Virus record (IMG/VR): IMGVR_UViG_3300037245_002163
Location: 37,301 to 101,300 of that record
Length of the DNA stretch: 64,000 nt
Source of the DNA: a virus
Reading direction: 5' to 3' (one strand)
Each line of letters starts with the position of its first letter. The stretch's first letter is position 1. Made by a program: the position numbers and the translations under genes. This document shows, one piece after another, positions 26,329 to 36,232 of the stretch. Under the pieces are notes generated by a model. It did not search any database. It was given only the letters and a program-made list of their open reading frames with translations, and was not told the origin of the DNA.

Positions 26329-29300
26329 ATGGCGGGGAGACTACCGATCGGGGACGCGGCTTCGTTGCGTTCCATCATGGAGCGCGGGCTCCAAAAGGGT
26401 AAGGGCGGATGGCAGTCCGTGCCGAAGGGCAAGCACGGCGGGCAGCGCCGTCGCAAGGGCAATTCCTACGAGTACCGCTACCCCGATGGGCAAGGCGGAT
26501 GGCGCAGTAGCCCCGGCCGACGCCAAGCCACTTCCGGCGCCCCGAAGCAGGGCCTAAAGACCCGGCTCGCAAGGCACAAAGAGCAGAAGATCGCCGACAT
26601 GCGCCGCCGTGACAAAGAGGCGGCTGGGAAGCGTTTGGACGCGTCTATCGAAGAGAGCCGTAGGCAGAACGCCGCCCGCGGCCCGGTCACCCGCCGGTCG
26701 CTCAACTTCGACGAGTACCAACAGCGCGCCTACCGGATGACAAATCAGGGGCTTGCCGGCGCGCTCGATGACATTCGCGCCACGCTCCCAAGCGCCGATT
26801 CGATGGACCGTGAGATGAACACGGACAACGGCGGCTACTACCGTGACCAGGCGAGCGTGCTCGTCCAAGAGCAAAAGAAGCGCACTGAGAACCCAAAGCG
26901 CGAGACAGAGAGCGCCATTCTACGCACGCGGGATGAGATCGCCGTGCGCTCATGGCGCATCGAAGAGAACGCGGGCAACACTTCGCAGGCCGCGAAGACC
27001 CAGACGGGTATCGATCAGCGCGAGCTATCTAAGCTGTACGAACGCACCGCGAGCCTTGAAGCGAAGATCGCGCCGGCCAAGCAAGACCCGACCAAAAAGC
27101 TCCCGCCGCACACGAAAAACAGGTGGGATTCAGCGGACGGCAAACGCAATATCGTCGGGATGCACGCGAGCGGGAAGTACCTAGTGGCCACCGCGGGCCG
27201 TACGACGCTAGAGCTGATCGACCCCAAAGACCTCATGGACGAGCAGAACCTAGACATGCGGCAGCTAGAGAGCCGTCGCAAGATGGGCCGCGCAGTCCAG
27301 GCGGAAAAGGACCGTGCCGCCGCAGAGAAGCGGGTCGCCGAAGACACGCAAGGCTTCACGGACAAGATGACTCCCGCGCGCAAGGCCAAGGTCAACGCGA
27401 CGCTCAATAAGCAACGGCACATCAGCGGCTACGTCACGACGCTCAAAACGTACATGCAAGCCGCCGTCGCAGACGGTGCCAAGGTCACGACGCACAGATC
27501 CTTCGGGCGCATCCTGACGACCGCCACCGGGTCGTTCTTTACGCAAAAAGACCTGACGAAGACCGGGCTCGACTTCGCGGAGCATCTTAGCGCGCTACCG
27601 CCGCGCAAAGGCCAGTACGGCGAAGCGTGGCCCATGGCTAAGCCATCGCGCGCAGTCACGGCCGTGAACGTGGCTGACGCACTGAAAACAGCGTCCCACA
27701 ATCTCGTCTACCTCACGGAAAAACTGACGGGCTCCAAAGACGAGAAGTCAGTCAGTGACATTCGCTCCATGGTAGAGGCGATGCAGGACCAGGGGCGCGC
27801 GATCATCTTTCGGGATCGCGATGGCGACGAGATCGTAGATATCCCAGGCCGGCACGGGACGAGCAAGAGCCTCTACAGCGTGCCCCTACGTAGGTTCGTA
27901 GTCGGCGACCTAGAGAAAGCTGGGGGCTGGGGGAACATTCCCGCCGGTAGGCGCGGGGGCCAGCGTAAGCGCGTGGGCATGAAGTGGGTCTACCGCTATC
28001 CCGATGGCAAGGGTGGTTGGCAGAGCGGCGCGGCGCGCGAGCGAAGCGCCACCAAAAAGAAGGCCGCGGCTAAGAAGCAAGCGGCGCAGACCACGCTCGA
28101 CTTCGGCGCAGCCGGCGAGCCCGACGAGCCTACAGCCACGCCCGATATCGTGCATCTTGCGGCGGCGTTCATAAAGCCGGGCGACGTGCTGCACCCCTTC
28201 GGCGATGAACAGTACCGGATCATCGCGTCGGGTAAGAAGGGCTTCAAGATCCACCTTGCGACCATGAACGTCGCAACGGGCGAATCGCTCGCGCTCACAG
28301 TGAGCGCCACGGACAAGATGTGGGTCCAGCAAGTGGGCGAGCAACGCAAGACGGATGTGGAGACGCAGCCGCCTAAGAAGGCCCCCGCTTCCACGCCACG
28401 CGGCAAGGCGTCGCACACGACTGAATCGATGATCGAAGAGGGCGAGTACGTCAACGATCGGGAAAGCAACGTACGCCAGATCGGCGAAGACGTGTTCGGC
28501 AGTGCGCGCCACCGGGCGATGAATTGGAAGAGCCTACGTGAAGCTCTTGATTCAGAAGACGCGCCCGCCATGTTCACGCGCAAGTTCCTGCTACGCGAGA
28601 AGCCCATCGGGTTCATTGGGCGCGCTCAGGCGGCGGAAGGCGCAGACGGGGTGCTCAACCAAGCGCACTACTACTTCGCGATGAACAAGTTCCCAGCGAA
28701 GCCGCCCAAGTTTGGCTCTTCGCCGCAACGTGGTTGGTTTTTCAGGGACGTGAAGCGTGAAGGCCGGGGCACCTACGACTATCACAATAGCCCGGAGTAC
28801 AAGGCGAAAGCGGTAGAGCTAGAAGAGGCACGGAACAACCCTGAGAAGTGGGCGGAAGTCTCAAAGGAATGGCAGCGCGCCGGGCTTGAAGGCTACTACA
28901 ACGCGTACGCGACGGTTCAAGGGATCATCGAGGGGCACTCCGCGTCGGGCAACGCTCCCGAAGGCCCTCCGCAGATCCGGTATCCCAGCTACACAAAGCC
29001 GAACGCGGATTCGCCAAGGCTCGAAGACAAGCTCCGGGCGGCGTTGTGGCAAGCCAAGGCCGATGGCAAGCACCCCGTGGAGATCGAGAGCTTGCGCAAG
29101 ACGTTCAACGGCCAAGTGAGCGGCAAGACACGACCATCGAGGCAAGTCGACGATATCCGATCCCGCGCCACTAGAAAGCACGGGCCAGACGCCGATGCGA
29201 TCAATAGCGCGACCATCGAAGCGGCGATGCTGGTCATGGAAGGCAAGAGCATCAACGCGGCCTTCGGGGAAAAGAAGAGCGGCAAGGGCTACGCGGTCAA

Positions 29301-30195
29301 CCTTCGGGACATGTACGACACGGACAAGATGGAACGGAAGGGGCCGGAGAGCCGCTACGAGCACATCGAACAAGGCCGTAAGCTCATGAGCAAGGGCGGC
29401 CCGTTCAAGATGCGCGGCCTACAGCTCGGCAAGAGCGTCACGGACCAAGAGCGCGTCCACCATCTAAAGAGTCTGGTCGATAGCTTCGATGACATGGCGG
29501 AGTTGACCGGCTTGCCGGTGGGCATGATGGGCTACAACGGCAAGCTCGCGATGGCCGTGGGCGCACGTGGGGTCGCCGGGGCGCTCGCGCACTACGAGCC
29601 CACCGCGAACGCGATCAACCTGACGCGGCTAAACGGTGCGGGCTCGCTCGCGCACGAATGGGGTCACTTCTTTGATTCGAACGCGGGCGCAGCCGACCTA
29701 AATGGCGGTCGCAACCGGGAGAACAACCTCACGGGAAGCCGTGTTCCACGCGGTGCCAGCCAAGGCTTGCCGTCGCCTACGCGCGAAGCCGTGACGGCGC
29801 TCCGTGATAGCGAGGCGTTCCAAAAGTTCGATGCCCGGATCACGACGGCCATGGACAAGAATCCGCTCTACTCTCCGCCGGAGAAGCAGTATTGGCGGAG
29901 CCACGTCGAAATGTTCGCCCGGAGTTTCGAGCGGCACTTACAGCGTAAGATGGCCAAGCAGGGGCGCAGCAATACGTACCTTGTGGCGCTGCGGAAGGCG
30001 GCTAGCTCGCCTGACGGGCTTTGGCCGACCGATGAGGAAGCCGATGCGATGGCTCCGCTTTTCGAGAACATCTTTGCGAAGTTCAAAGAGTCGGGACTAC
30101 TTGAAAAGATGATGCGCCAGCTCGAAGGGGATACTCTTCGCAAAGCGGCGTTCACCGTGCCCAAAAAGCGGTTCGTTGTGGGGGATATTCGATGA
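26329..30195 (+). CDS. giant polyvalent protein B with a C-terminal LPD1-like zincin domain
   Basis: LAMAVGARG..A.AHYEP..INLT..GAGSLAHEWGH ... YW...EMFARSFE. Confidence 0.8.
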   Translation: MAGRLPIGDAASLRSIMERGLQKGKGGWQSVPKGKHGGQRRRKGNSYEYRYPDGQGGWRSSPGRRQATSGAPKQGLKTRLARHKEQKIADMRRRDKEAAGKRLDASIEESRRQNAARGPVTRRSLNFDEYQQRAYRMTNQGLAGALDDIRATLPSADSMDREMNTDNGGYYRDQASVLVQEQKKRTENPKRETESAILRTRDEIAVRSWRIEENAGNTSQAAKTQTGIDQRELSKLYERTASLEAKIAPAKQDPTKKLPPHTKNRWDSADGKRNIVGMHASGKYLVATAGRTTLELIDPKDLMDEQNLDMRQLESRRKMGRAVQAEKDRAAAEKRVAEDTQGFTDKMTPARKAKVNATLNKQRHISGYVTTLKTYMQAAVADGAKVTTHRSFGRILTTATGSFFTQKDLTKTGLDFAEHLSALPPRKGQYGEAWPMAKPSRAVTAVNVADALKTASHNLVYLTEKLTGSKDEKSVSDIRSMVEAMQDQGRAIIFRDRDGDEIVDIPGRHGTSKSLYSVPLRRFVVGDLEKAGGWGNIPAGRRGGQRKRVGMKWVYRYPDGKGGWQSGAARERSATKKKAAAKKQAAQTTLDFGAAGEPDEPTATPDIVHLAAAFIKPGDVLHPFGDEQYRIIASGKKGFKIHLATMNVATGESLALTVSATDKMWVQQVGEQRKTDVETQPPKKAPASTPRGKASHTTESMIEEGEYVNDRESNVRQIGEDVFGSARHRAMNWKSLREALDSEDAPAMFTRKFLLREKPIGFIGRAQAAEGADGVLNQAHYYFAMNKFPAKPPKFGSSPQRGWFFRDVKREGRGTYDYHNSPEYKAKAVELEEARNNPEKWAEVSKEWQRAGLEGYYNAYATVQGIIEGHSASGNAPEGPPQIRYPSYTKPNADSPRLEDKLRAALWQAKADGKHPVEIESLRKTFNGQVSGKTRPSRQVDDIRSRATRKHGPDADAINSATIEAAMLVMEGKSINAAFGEKKSGKGYAVNLRDMYDTDKMERKGPESRYEHIEQGRKLMSKGGPFKMRGLQLGKSVTDQERVHHLKSLVDSFDDMAELTGLPVGMMGYNGKLAMAVGARGVAGALAHYEPTANAINLTRLNGAGSLAHEWGHFFDSNAGAADLNGGRNRENNLTGSRVPRGASQGLPSPTREAVTALRDSEAFQKFDARITTAMDKNPLYSPPEKQYWRSHVEMFARSFERHLQRKMAKQGRSNTYLVALRKAASSPDGLWPTDEEADAMAPLFENIFAKFKESGLLEKMMRQLEGDTLRKAAFTVPKKRFVVGDIR

Positions 30196-33100
30196 GAGAT
30201 GCAATCGATGGCCTAGTGAAGCTCGTCAAGGGCGCAGCGGCGGGCAGTGGCGGCGGCTGGGGCAATATCCCCAAGGGCACTAGGGGTGGGCAGCGCAAGC
30301 GCGTCGGCGGCAAGTATCAATACCGCTACCCTGACGGCAAGGGCGGTTGGCAGAGTAGCCCTAGCAAGGGCGGCAAGGGCGGCAGGCGCAAAGCCAAAGC
30401 CAAAGCCAAGAGCAAGGCCGGCAAGTGGACTTCCCCGGAGCAAGCTCGCGAGCGTGGCGCAGCGGCGCACGCGGAAGGCATCAGCGCACCCGCCCAAGAC
30501 AAAGCGTACATGGATAGCGTGCCTTGGGGCGCCGTGGGCGACTCCATACCCTATGCCGACGCGTGGTCGAAGGGCTGGCACGCGGCCAACACCAAAGCGA
30601 ACGATGCGAGCCCCGAAGGCCGGGCACTCGCCGCCGACATGGCGCGCACAAAGTTGGAACAGCACGCGTGGTATGCAGAGCATTCCGACTTTCGAAGCAC
30701 GGTCAAAGGCGTTCGGCACATCATGGTGCTCGATGCGGCAACTGGCGGAACCATGCTCACCCCGCTCACTGAGGCCACGGATTTCGAGCTAGCCAAGCTC
30801 CTCGCTAAGAACCAGAACGACGCCGCGGATGCTATCGATCCGCTGAATCCTTCCGAGGGCGAGAAGGCGCGCATCATAGACGCCGCCGACAAGCTATGGG
30901 ATAGCGAGCGCGCCTATGACGGCTCCGTACAGTGGCCCGTGAAGTACGCGGCCTACCGGGAGCTTGCGCGGGGCATTGAAGTCGCCGACAAGCGGTTCGG
31001 CCCCAAGCACCACGTCGTGCCCCCCTCGCTTCGGGACCGGGTAGCGGAGATGCGCAACGTGTTCGCAGAGCGTGAATCAGAGGCGCGTAAGCGATACGCG
31101 AACGATCACAAGCGGATGGCGCGCAATGGGTCCGTGCATATCGACTCTTTCCGAGGCGCGAATATCATTAGCCCCAGCAAGGCCATGATCGACCTGGCTG
31201 ATCAGCTTGGGAAGCAGGGGGCGTATGGCAACGTCCACGAAAAGCTCACGGCGATGGCTGAGCAGTACACCAACTACTTAGATTCGTGGAGCGCCGATCA
31301 GCATAAGTCAGCATCCAATGTGCTTTCGCACTACGCCCATGAGCACCGCGCCGACGACGCCGTGCGCCAAGCGGCGATCGTGCTCGCGCGGGCTCACGAT
31401 GCAAAGGGCAACGCGAAAGCGAAGAGCCAGAAGCCCGGCCCGGCGGCTACGAACAAAGAAATTGCCGCGGCGATGCGCTTGAACAAGGTCGAGGCGCTTT
31501 CGACGGGCGAGACAAAGGCCATGCGCGCGCAGCTCAAACGGAACGCAAAGAACGGCGTAGCCGGCGGCAACGCGGGTCGTGTCAAAGCGGGCCAGCGCGT
31601 CGCATTGGATGGCAAGGGCTGGAAAGTCGCAGACTTCGATGCGGACGCTGCGGCGCCCGAAGGCTCGACCCTTGTGCTCTTAGCCGACGATGGCCGGAGC
31701 ATGATGAGCGGCGTGCGGCTCGATAACCCGGCGTTGCGCTACGGCAAGCATCAACCGGGCGATCCCAAAGACGATCTTTCTGGCGTTTTCGATGAGGGCA
31801 AGGGCAAGGGCCGTTGGCCGAAGGGCACCAAGGTCAAGAGCCCCGAAGAGCGCGGCCGAGACCGTGCGAAGGGCCGTCGCTCCGATGCGGACCTTGCGGA
31901 GAACAAGAGGCGCAACGTCAGAACGCGCGCGGAGAGCGGCTACCGCAGTTCGACCGATGCGGAGCTGGCAGAGACCGTGCGCCGGAACAAAGAGAAGAGC
32001 GGCGGTATGAAGGGCGCAGATCCGCTCGAAGTGTGGCGGAAAAAGAAGGCCGAAATGGACGCTAAGAAGAGTGCCGACGCGATCGAAGGGCTCGAAGTGT
32101 TGCTCAAAGGTGTGCAGCGCGGCGGCAAATACTACAAGCGCGTCCCCAAGAGCGGCGGCAAAAAGGGCTACGACTACTACTACACCAAAGAGAAGTACGA
32201 CGCGCGCCCCGGAGCCACGAAAGACACCGATCCGAACGCGCGCGCCAAGACGCAAAAGATCGTCGACCTCTTTCACGACCACCACTTGAACCAGTGGAAC
32301 GCGAACGCCGCGGAAAAGCTCAAAGCGTTCACGGACGTACCCAAAGAGGATATCGAAACGGCGGTAAGCTGGGCCAAAGAGCACGGCGACGCGAAGATCC
32401 AGCGGGCGATGGAAAGCGCCAAGAATGCGCACTTCGATGCGATCCATTTGAAGCCGCATGCTGACAAGCGCCGCGAAGAGGCCAAGGCCAAGCACGCCGC
32501 GATCGACATTTCCCCGGACACCTACAACTCAAAGAAGTTCCGGGTGAAGGGCATGAGCGGAGAAGCCTCATTCAGCCAAGCTAAGGACAAGAGCGCGGGC
32601 GCGCGCATCGTCAACTTGCTCTTCCCTGAGCACACCGCGTCGGATCACTACGGCGCGTCGCACAAGCACCGCGATGCCATGCGTGACAACATGACCGAAC
32701 ACCGCAAGCTCATCGCGGACGCGCAGAACAAAGCCTACGGTAAGAAGCTGGGTATCGGGGAAGGCCCGAACATTTCAGGCGGCACCGACCCGAAGTTCGG
32801 GAAGGAAACCAACGACAAGATCCGGGTCGCGGTGAAGGCTTTGCAGTTCCACCAGGACGCCGCTGACGCCCATGAGCACGCCGCACGGTACACCCGGAAA
32901 GCAAAGAAGAGCGGCGACGCTATCGATGGGCTCGAATCGCTGAGCAAGGGCGGCGGCTGGCACAGCGCACCGGGCTCCAAGAAAGGCCGGCAGCGCACGC
33001 GTGGTGCCGGGGGTAAGTGGATCTACCGGGATGCTCCGGGTGCGGGCGGTGGCAAGGTCAAGCGCGGCAGCGATGCCCGCAGTGTCTTGGGTGGCGGTTG

Positions 33101-34436
33101 GGCGGTCGGCGTTATCGAGGGGCTTCCCAAGGATCTCAAAGACTTCACCGAGGCCGTCGAAGCCGGCAACGATGAGATCAGCATCGATGGCATCGGTAGG
33201 GCGATCAAAAACAAGCTCGATATCGCGGACGTTCGATCTTCGCAGATTGTCGCGCACTCGATGCGCGAAGACATACCGGACGGGCTTCTTTCGATGCGGA
33301 CTGCGCCGACGCAAATGAAGCAGCGGATTGCGAGCGAGAAGAGCAAGATGGCGGAACGAGACCGCCTACGGACGCAGGTGCGGAAGTTCGCACTAGCCGC
33401 GCTCGACAAGATCGACCGCTCGAAAGAAGTCAGCTTCCAAAAAGAGTCAGACAAGGGCTACGGCGAGAAGCGCGACCAAGATCGGCGGGCGCGTTTCAGG
33501 GATAACCGGGAAGACCATAGCAAGAGCGGCGACGCTATCGAGGGCTTGGAAGGGCTCAGCAAAGCCCGGTACTACGATATGGACTACGGGTCGGGTAAGA
33601 TGACCGCCAAGAAAGAGAGCGCATCCATGGGGAAGAGCAAGGGCGATATCATCCAAGAGCTGATTGCCAAGATGAAGTCTGGGGATATTACCAAAGAGTT
33701 GATCGGCAAAATGAAGGCTGCGGGCCTTGCTGACGACGTGGTTCAACAGCTCATCGGCCGATGCAATACGCGCAAGAGCCACTTCGAACCCTCACTCAAA
33801 AAGGGGCTCTATGCTTTCGAGCTGGGTGGATCGGAGAGCAAGAGCCGCAAGCTCCCTGACAATCTCTTGCCTCAGTACCTTGGGGCCTTTGTGGAGCAAG
33901 CCTACGAGCATGAGAAGCAAGAGTGTGAGCACCAAAAGGTCAAGCCCGTGAGCTACGACGATCAGATCAACTTCTTTGCCATGCGCGTCATGAATGAGCT
34001 GGTCGTTTACATGCGGAACAACCCCGATCTCATGGCAGCCGGCAAGGATGCGACGGCCGTCAGCATCGCCGCGATCCTCCGTAACTCCGGGCTCGTGCAG
34101 CCCGACGTGAGCGGCTTTACGAACAACGAAGGCAACGGATACATGGGCGAAGTGGCCCACTACTCAAAGAAGGCCCCTTGGATTCAGGAAGATCCCACAG
34201 CTCGCCCGATGGCGCAGCTCGCCGATCGCCATGAGCAAGGGTCGTTCACGGACGACACCGCAGACCCGGCCATTGCGCTCCGCAAGGCTCAGGTCGAAGA
34301 GACCCGGCGCGCATTTACCGCCCCAGAACCGAAGTTCATGGTAAAGGGGGATGGCGACTGCCCGGTACACGGCTACCACGATCTCACCAAGATGCAGACT
34401 CTTCTGATCCCGCCCGGACATTGCACGTGTAACTAA
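30192..34436 (+). CDS. giant modular basic protein C, putative internal head protein
   Basis: 1414 aa; four DAI[D/E]GLxxLxK[G/A] linkers; stop overlaps the portal start. Confidence 0.75.
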   Translation: MRDAIDGLVKLVKGAAAGSGGGWGNIPKGTRGGQRKRVGGKYQYRYPDGKGGWQSSPSKGGKGGRRKAKAKAKSKAGKWTSPEQARERGAAAHAEGISAPAQDKAYMDSVPWGAVGDSIPYADAWSKGWHAANTKANDASPEGRALAADMARTKLEQHAWYAEHSDFRSTVKGVRHIMVLDAATGGTMLTPLTEATDFELAKLLAKNQNDAADAIDPLNPSEGEKARIIDAADKLWDSERAYDGSVQWPVKYAAYRELARGIEVADKRFGPKHHVVPPSLRDRVAEMRNVFAERESEARKRYANDHKRMARNGSVHIDSFRGANIISPSKAMIDLADQLGKQGAYGNVHEKLTAMAEQYTNYLDSWSADQHKSASNVLSHYAHEHRADDAVRQAAIVLARAHDAKGNAKAKSQKPGPAATNKEIAAAMRLNKVEALSTGETKAMRAQLKRNAKNGVAGGNAGRVKAGQRVALDGKGWKVADFDADAAAPEGSTLVLLADDGRSMMSGVRLDNPALRYGKHQPGDPKDDLSGVFDEGKGKGRWPKGTKVKSPEERGRDRAKGRRSDADLAENKRRNVRTRAESGYRSSTDAELAETVRRNKEKSGGMKGADPLEVWRKKKAEMDAKKSADAIEGLEVLLKGVQRGGKYYKRVPKSGGKKGYDYYYTKEKYDARPGATKDTDPNARAKTQKIVDLFHDHHLNQWNANAAEKLKAFTDVPKEDIETAVSWAKEHGDAKIQRAMESAKNAHFDAIHLKPHADKRREEAKAKHAAIDISPDTYNSKKFRVKGMSGEASFSQAKDKSAGARIVNLLFPEHTASDHYGASHKHRDAMRDNMTEHRKLIADAQNKAYGKKLGIGEGPNISGGTDPKFGKETNDKIRVAVKALQFHQDAADAHEHAARYTRKAKKSGDAIDGLESLSKGGGWHSAPGSKKGRQRTRGAGGKWIYRDAPGAGGGKVKRGSDARSVLGGGWAVGVIEGLPKDLKDFTEAVEAGNDEISIDGIGRAIKNKLDIADVRSSQIVAHSMREDIPDGLLSMRTAPTQMKQRIASEKSKMAERDRLRTQVRKFALAALDKIDRSKEVSFQKESDKGYGEKRDQDRRARFRDNREDHSKSGDAIEGLEGLSKARYYDMDYGSGKMTAKKESASMGKSKGDIIQELIAKMKSGDITKELIGKMKAAGLADDVVQQLIGRCNTRKSHFEPSLKKGLYAFELGGSESKSRKLPDNLLPQYLGAFVEQAYEHEKQECEHQKVKPVSYDDQINFFAMRVMNELVVYMRNNPDLMAAGKDATAVSIAAILRNSGLVQPDVSGFTNNEGNGYMGEVAHYSKKAPWIQEDPTARPMAQLADRHEQGSFTDDTADPAIALRKAQVEETRRAFTAPEPKFMVKGDGDCPVHGYHDLTKMQTLLIPPGHCTCN

Positions 34437-36232
34437 TGGGGCTCCTAGACGATATCCGAACGGCGGGGACGGGTGCTCTTGACGGCGCGATGCAGTCATT
34501 GCGCAAGGCCGACGATCTAGGCGACGACGTGCCGTTCGATGAGATGCAAGACGCGCTCATGAAGGGCGGGCTCGCTGAGCCCACGGAAGAGAAGCCCCGT
34601 GGTCTCTTTCATGATCCCTACAGCGTCATGGATTGGGGCGGCTGGCGTCAGCGTCCCAGCATTCTCACGTACGATACGCTCCGCCAAATGAGCATATCGA
34701 ACACCGTGATCGCGGCCATCATTCAGACCCGCGTGAATCAGCTCAGCCAGTTCGCCGTGCCGCAGCAAGGCGACTACGACCGGGGCTACCGCATTATCCT
34801 TCGGGACCGTCGCGACAAAACCAAGGTCATGACGAAGGCTCAGCAAACCAAGGCGACTGAGCTGGAGCGCATGATCGAAACCACCGGGTACATGCTCCCC
34901 GATGAGAAGTCGTACGACCGCGATAGCTTTCGCGCGTTCCTAAAGAAGATCGTGCGGGATTGCCTCACCTACGATCAAATCTGTATCGAGAAGATCCGCG
35001 ACCGCAAAGGCCGGATCAGTCGCTTCATCGCACTGCCCACGGAGACCATTCGTCCCGCTGTTGCGGACGTGGAGCACATGGACCCCGAAGAGCGCCGCAA
35101 CCGCGTTGCGTATGTTCAGGTGTACGAAGATTCAGTTATAGCCGAATTCGGACCCGATGACCTTGCGTGGAGTGTCATGAACCCACGTTCGGATCTGCGC
35201 GTGAATGGCTTCGGGTTCGCTCCCATCGAACAGCTCATTCGCATGATCACAAGCTGGCTCTATGGCTTCGAATACAATACCAAGTTCTTTTCGCAGGGCT
35301 CCGCAATCAAGGGCGTGATCAACGTCAAGGGCGCCATTCCCGATCGCCAGCTCCGCGCGTTCCGACGCATGTGGTACTCGATGGTCACGGGCGTCCAGAA
35401 CAGTTGGAAGACGCCCATCTTGAACGCCGAAGACTTGCAATGGGTCTCGCTCCATTCGACGAACCGCGAAATGGAGTTTGGCCAGTGGCTCGACTTCCTA
35501 ACCAAGAGCATTTGTTCGGTCTACGGGATCGACCCCCTGGAGATCGGGTTCATTTACGGCTCCGGTGGTGGCGGCTCGTCGCTCTTCGAATCCCGGCCGA
35601 ACCAAGCCGAAGTGCAAGAGTCGAAGGACAAGGGGCTCCGCCCGCTCATCGAGCACATCGAAGACACGATCAACCAGCACATCGTATGGGAGCTGGAGCC
35701 CGACTTTGAATTCGAGTTCACCGGCTTCGATGCCAAGGCCGAAGACAAAGAGCGTGAGGCTCGGATGCTTGAAGTTACCAAGGTCAAGACGGTCGACGAG
35801 ATCCGGGCCGAGATGGATCAAGATCCGCTGCCCGATGGGCTTGGGGAGATCATTCTCGACCCGACGTTCCTGCAATGGGTCCAGGGCAAGCAAGGCATGG
35901 ACGAGGAAGGCGGCGAGGGCGGCTTCGGCGAGGAAGGCGACGGCGACGAAGACGGCGACTCCGGCGACCTTCCCGACTGGTTCGGCGGTGGCAAAGACAA
36001 AGACAAGGGCGACGACAAGGAAAAGCAGGAAGGCCCCCCAGGCGCCAAGAGCGGCGACAAGGGCTCGGCTCCGGGGAAAGACCTACCTTCGGGGGTCAAG
36101 GGCGGTAAGGCGTCCCAGAAGGAAGCCCTAGCGGCCTCTGAGTCGGCCATCCGTACCGTCGAAGTGTTGCGGAAGAGCCAAAGGGTGCAGAATGATCGCC
36201 AGATCATCGATGTAGAGATCGTGGGGGAATGA
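34436..36232 (+). CDS. portal protein
   Basis: AIIQTRVNQ, RDCLTYDQ..EK, NPRSD..G.G..P.E, FFSQG, ICSVYGIDP.EIG, SKDKGLRPL; SPO1/Twort-type. Confidence 0.92.
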   Translation: MGLLDDIRTAGTGALDGAMQSLRKADDLGDDVPFDEMQDALMKGGLAEPTEEKPRGLFHDPYSVMDWGGWRQRPSILTYDTLRQMSISNTVIAAIIQTRVNQLSQFAVPQQGDYDRGYRIILRDRRDKTKVMTKAQQTKATELERMIETTGYMLPDEKSYDRDSFRAFLKKIVRDCLTYDQICIEKIRDRKGRISRFIALPTETIRPAVADVEHMDPEERRNRVAYVQVYEDSVIAEFGPDDLAWSVMNPRSDLRVNGFGFAPIEQLIRMITSWLYGFEYNTKFFSQGSAIKGVINVKGAIPDRQLRAFRRMWYSMVTGVQNSWKTPILNAEDLQWVSLHSTNREMEFGQWLDFLTKSICSVYGIDPLEIGFIYGSGGGGSSLFESRPNQAEVQESKDKGLRPLIEHIEDTINQHIVWELEPDFEFEFTGFDAKAEDKEREARMLEVTKVKTVDEIRAEMDQDPLPDGLGEIILDPTFLQWVQGKQGMDEEGGEGGFGEEGDGDEDGDSGDLPDWFGGGKDKDKGDDKEKQEGPPGAKSGDKGSAPGKDLPSGVKGGKASQKEALAASESAIRTVEVLRKSQRVQNDRQIIDVEIVGE

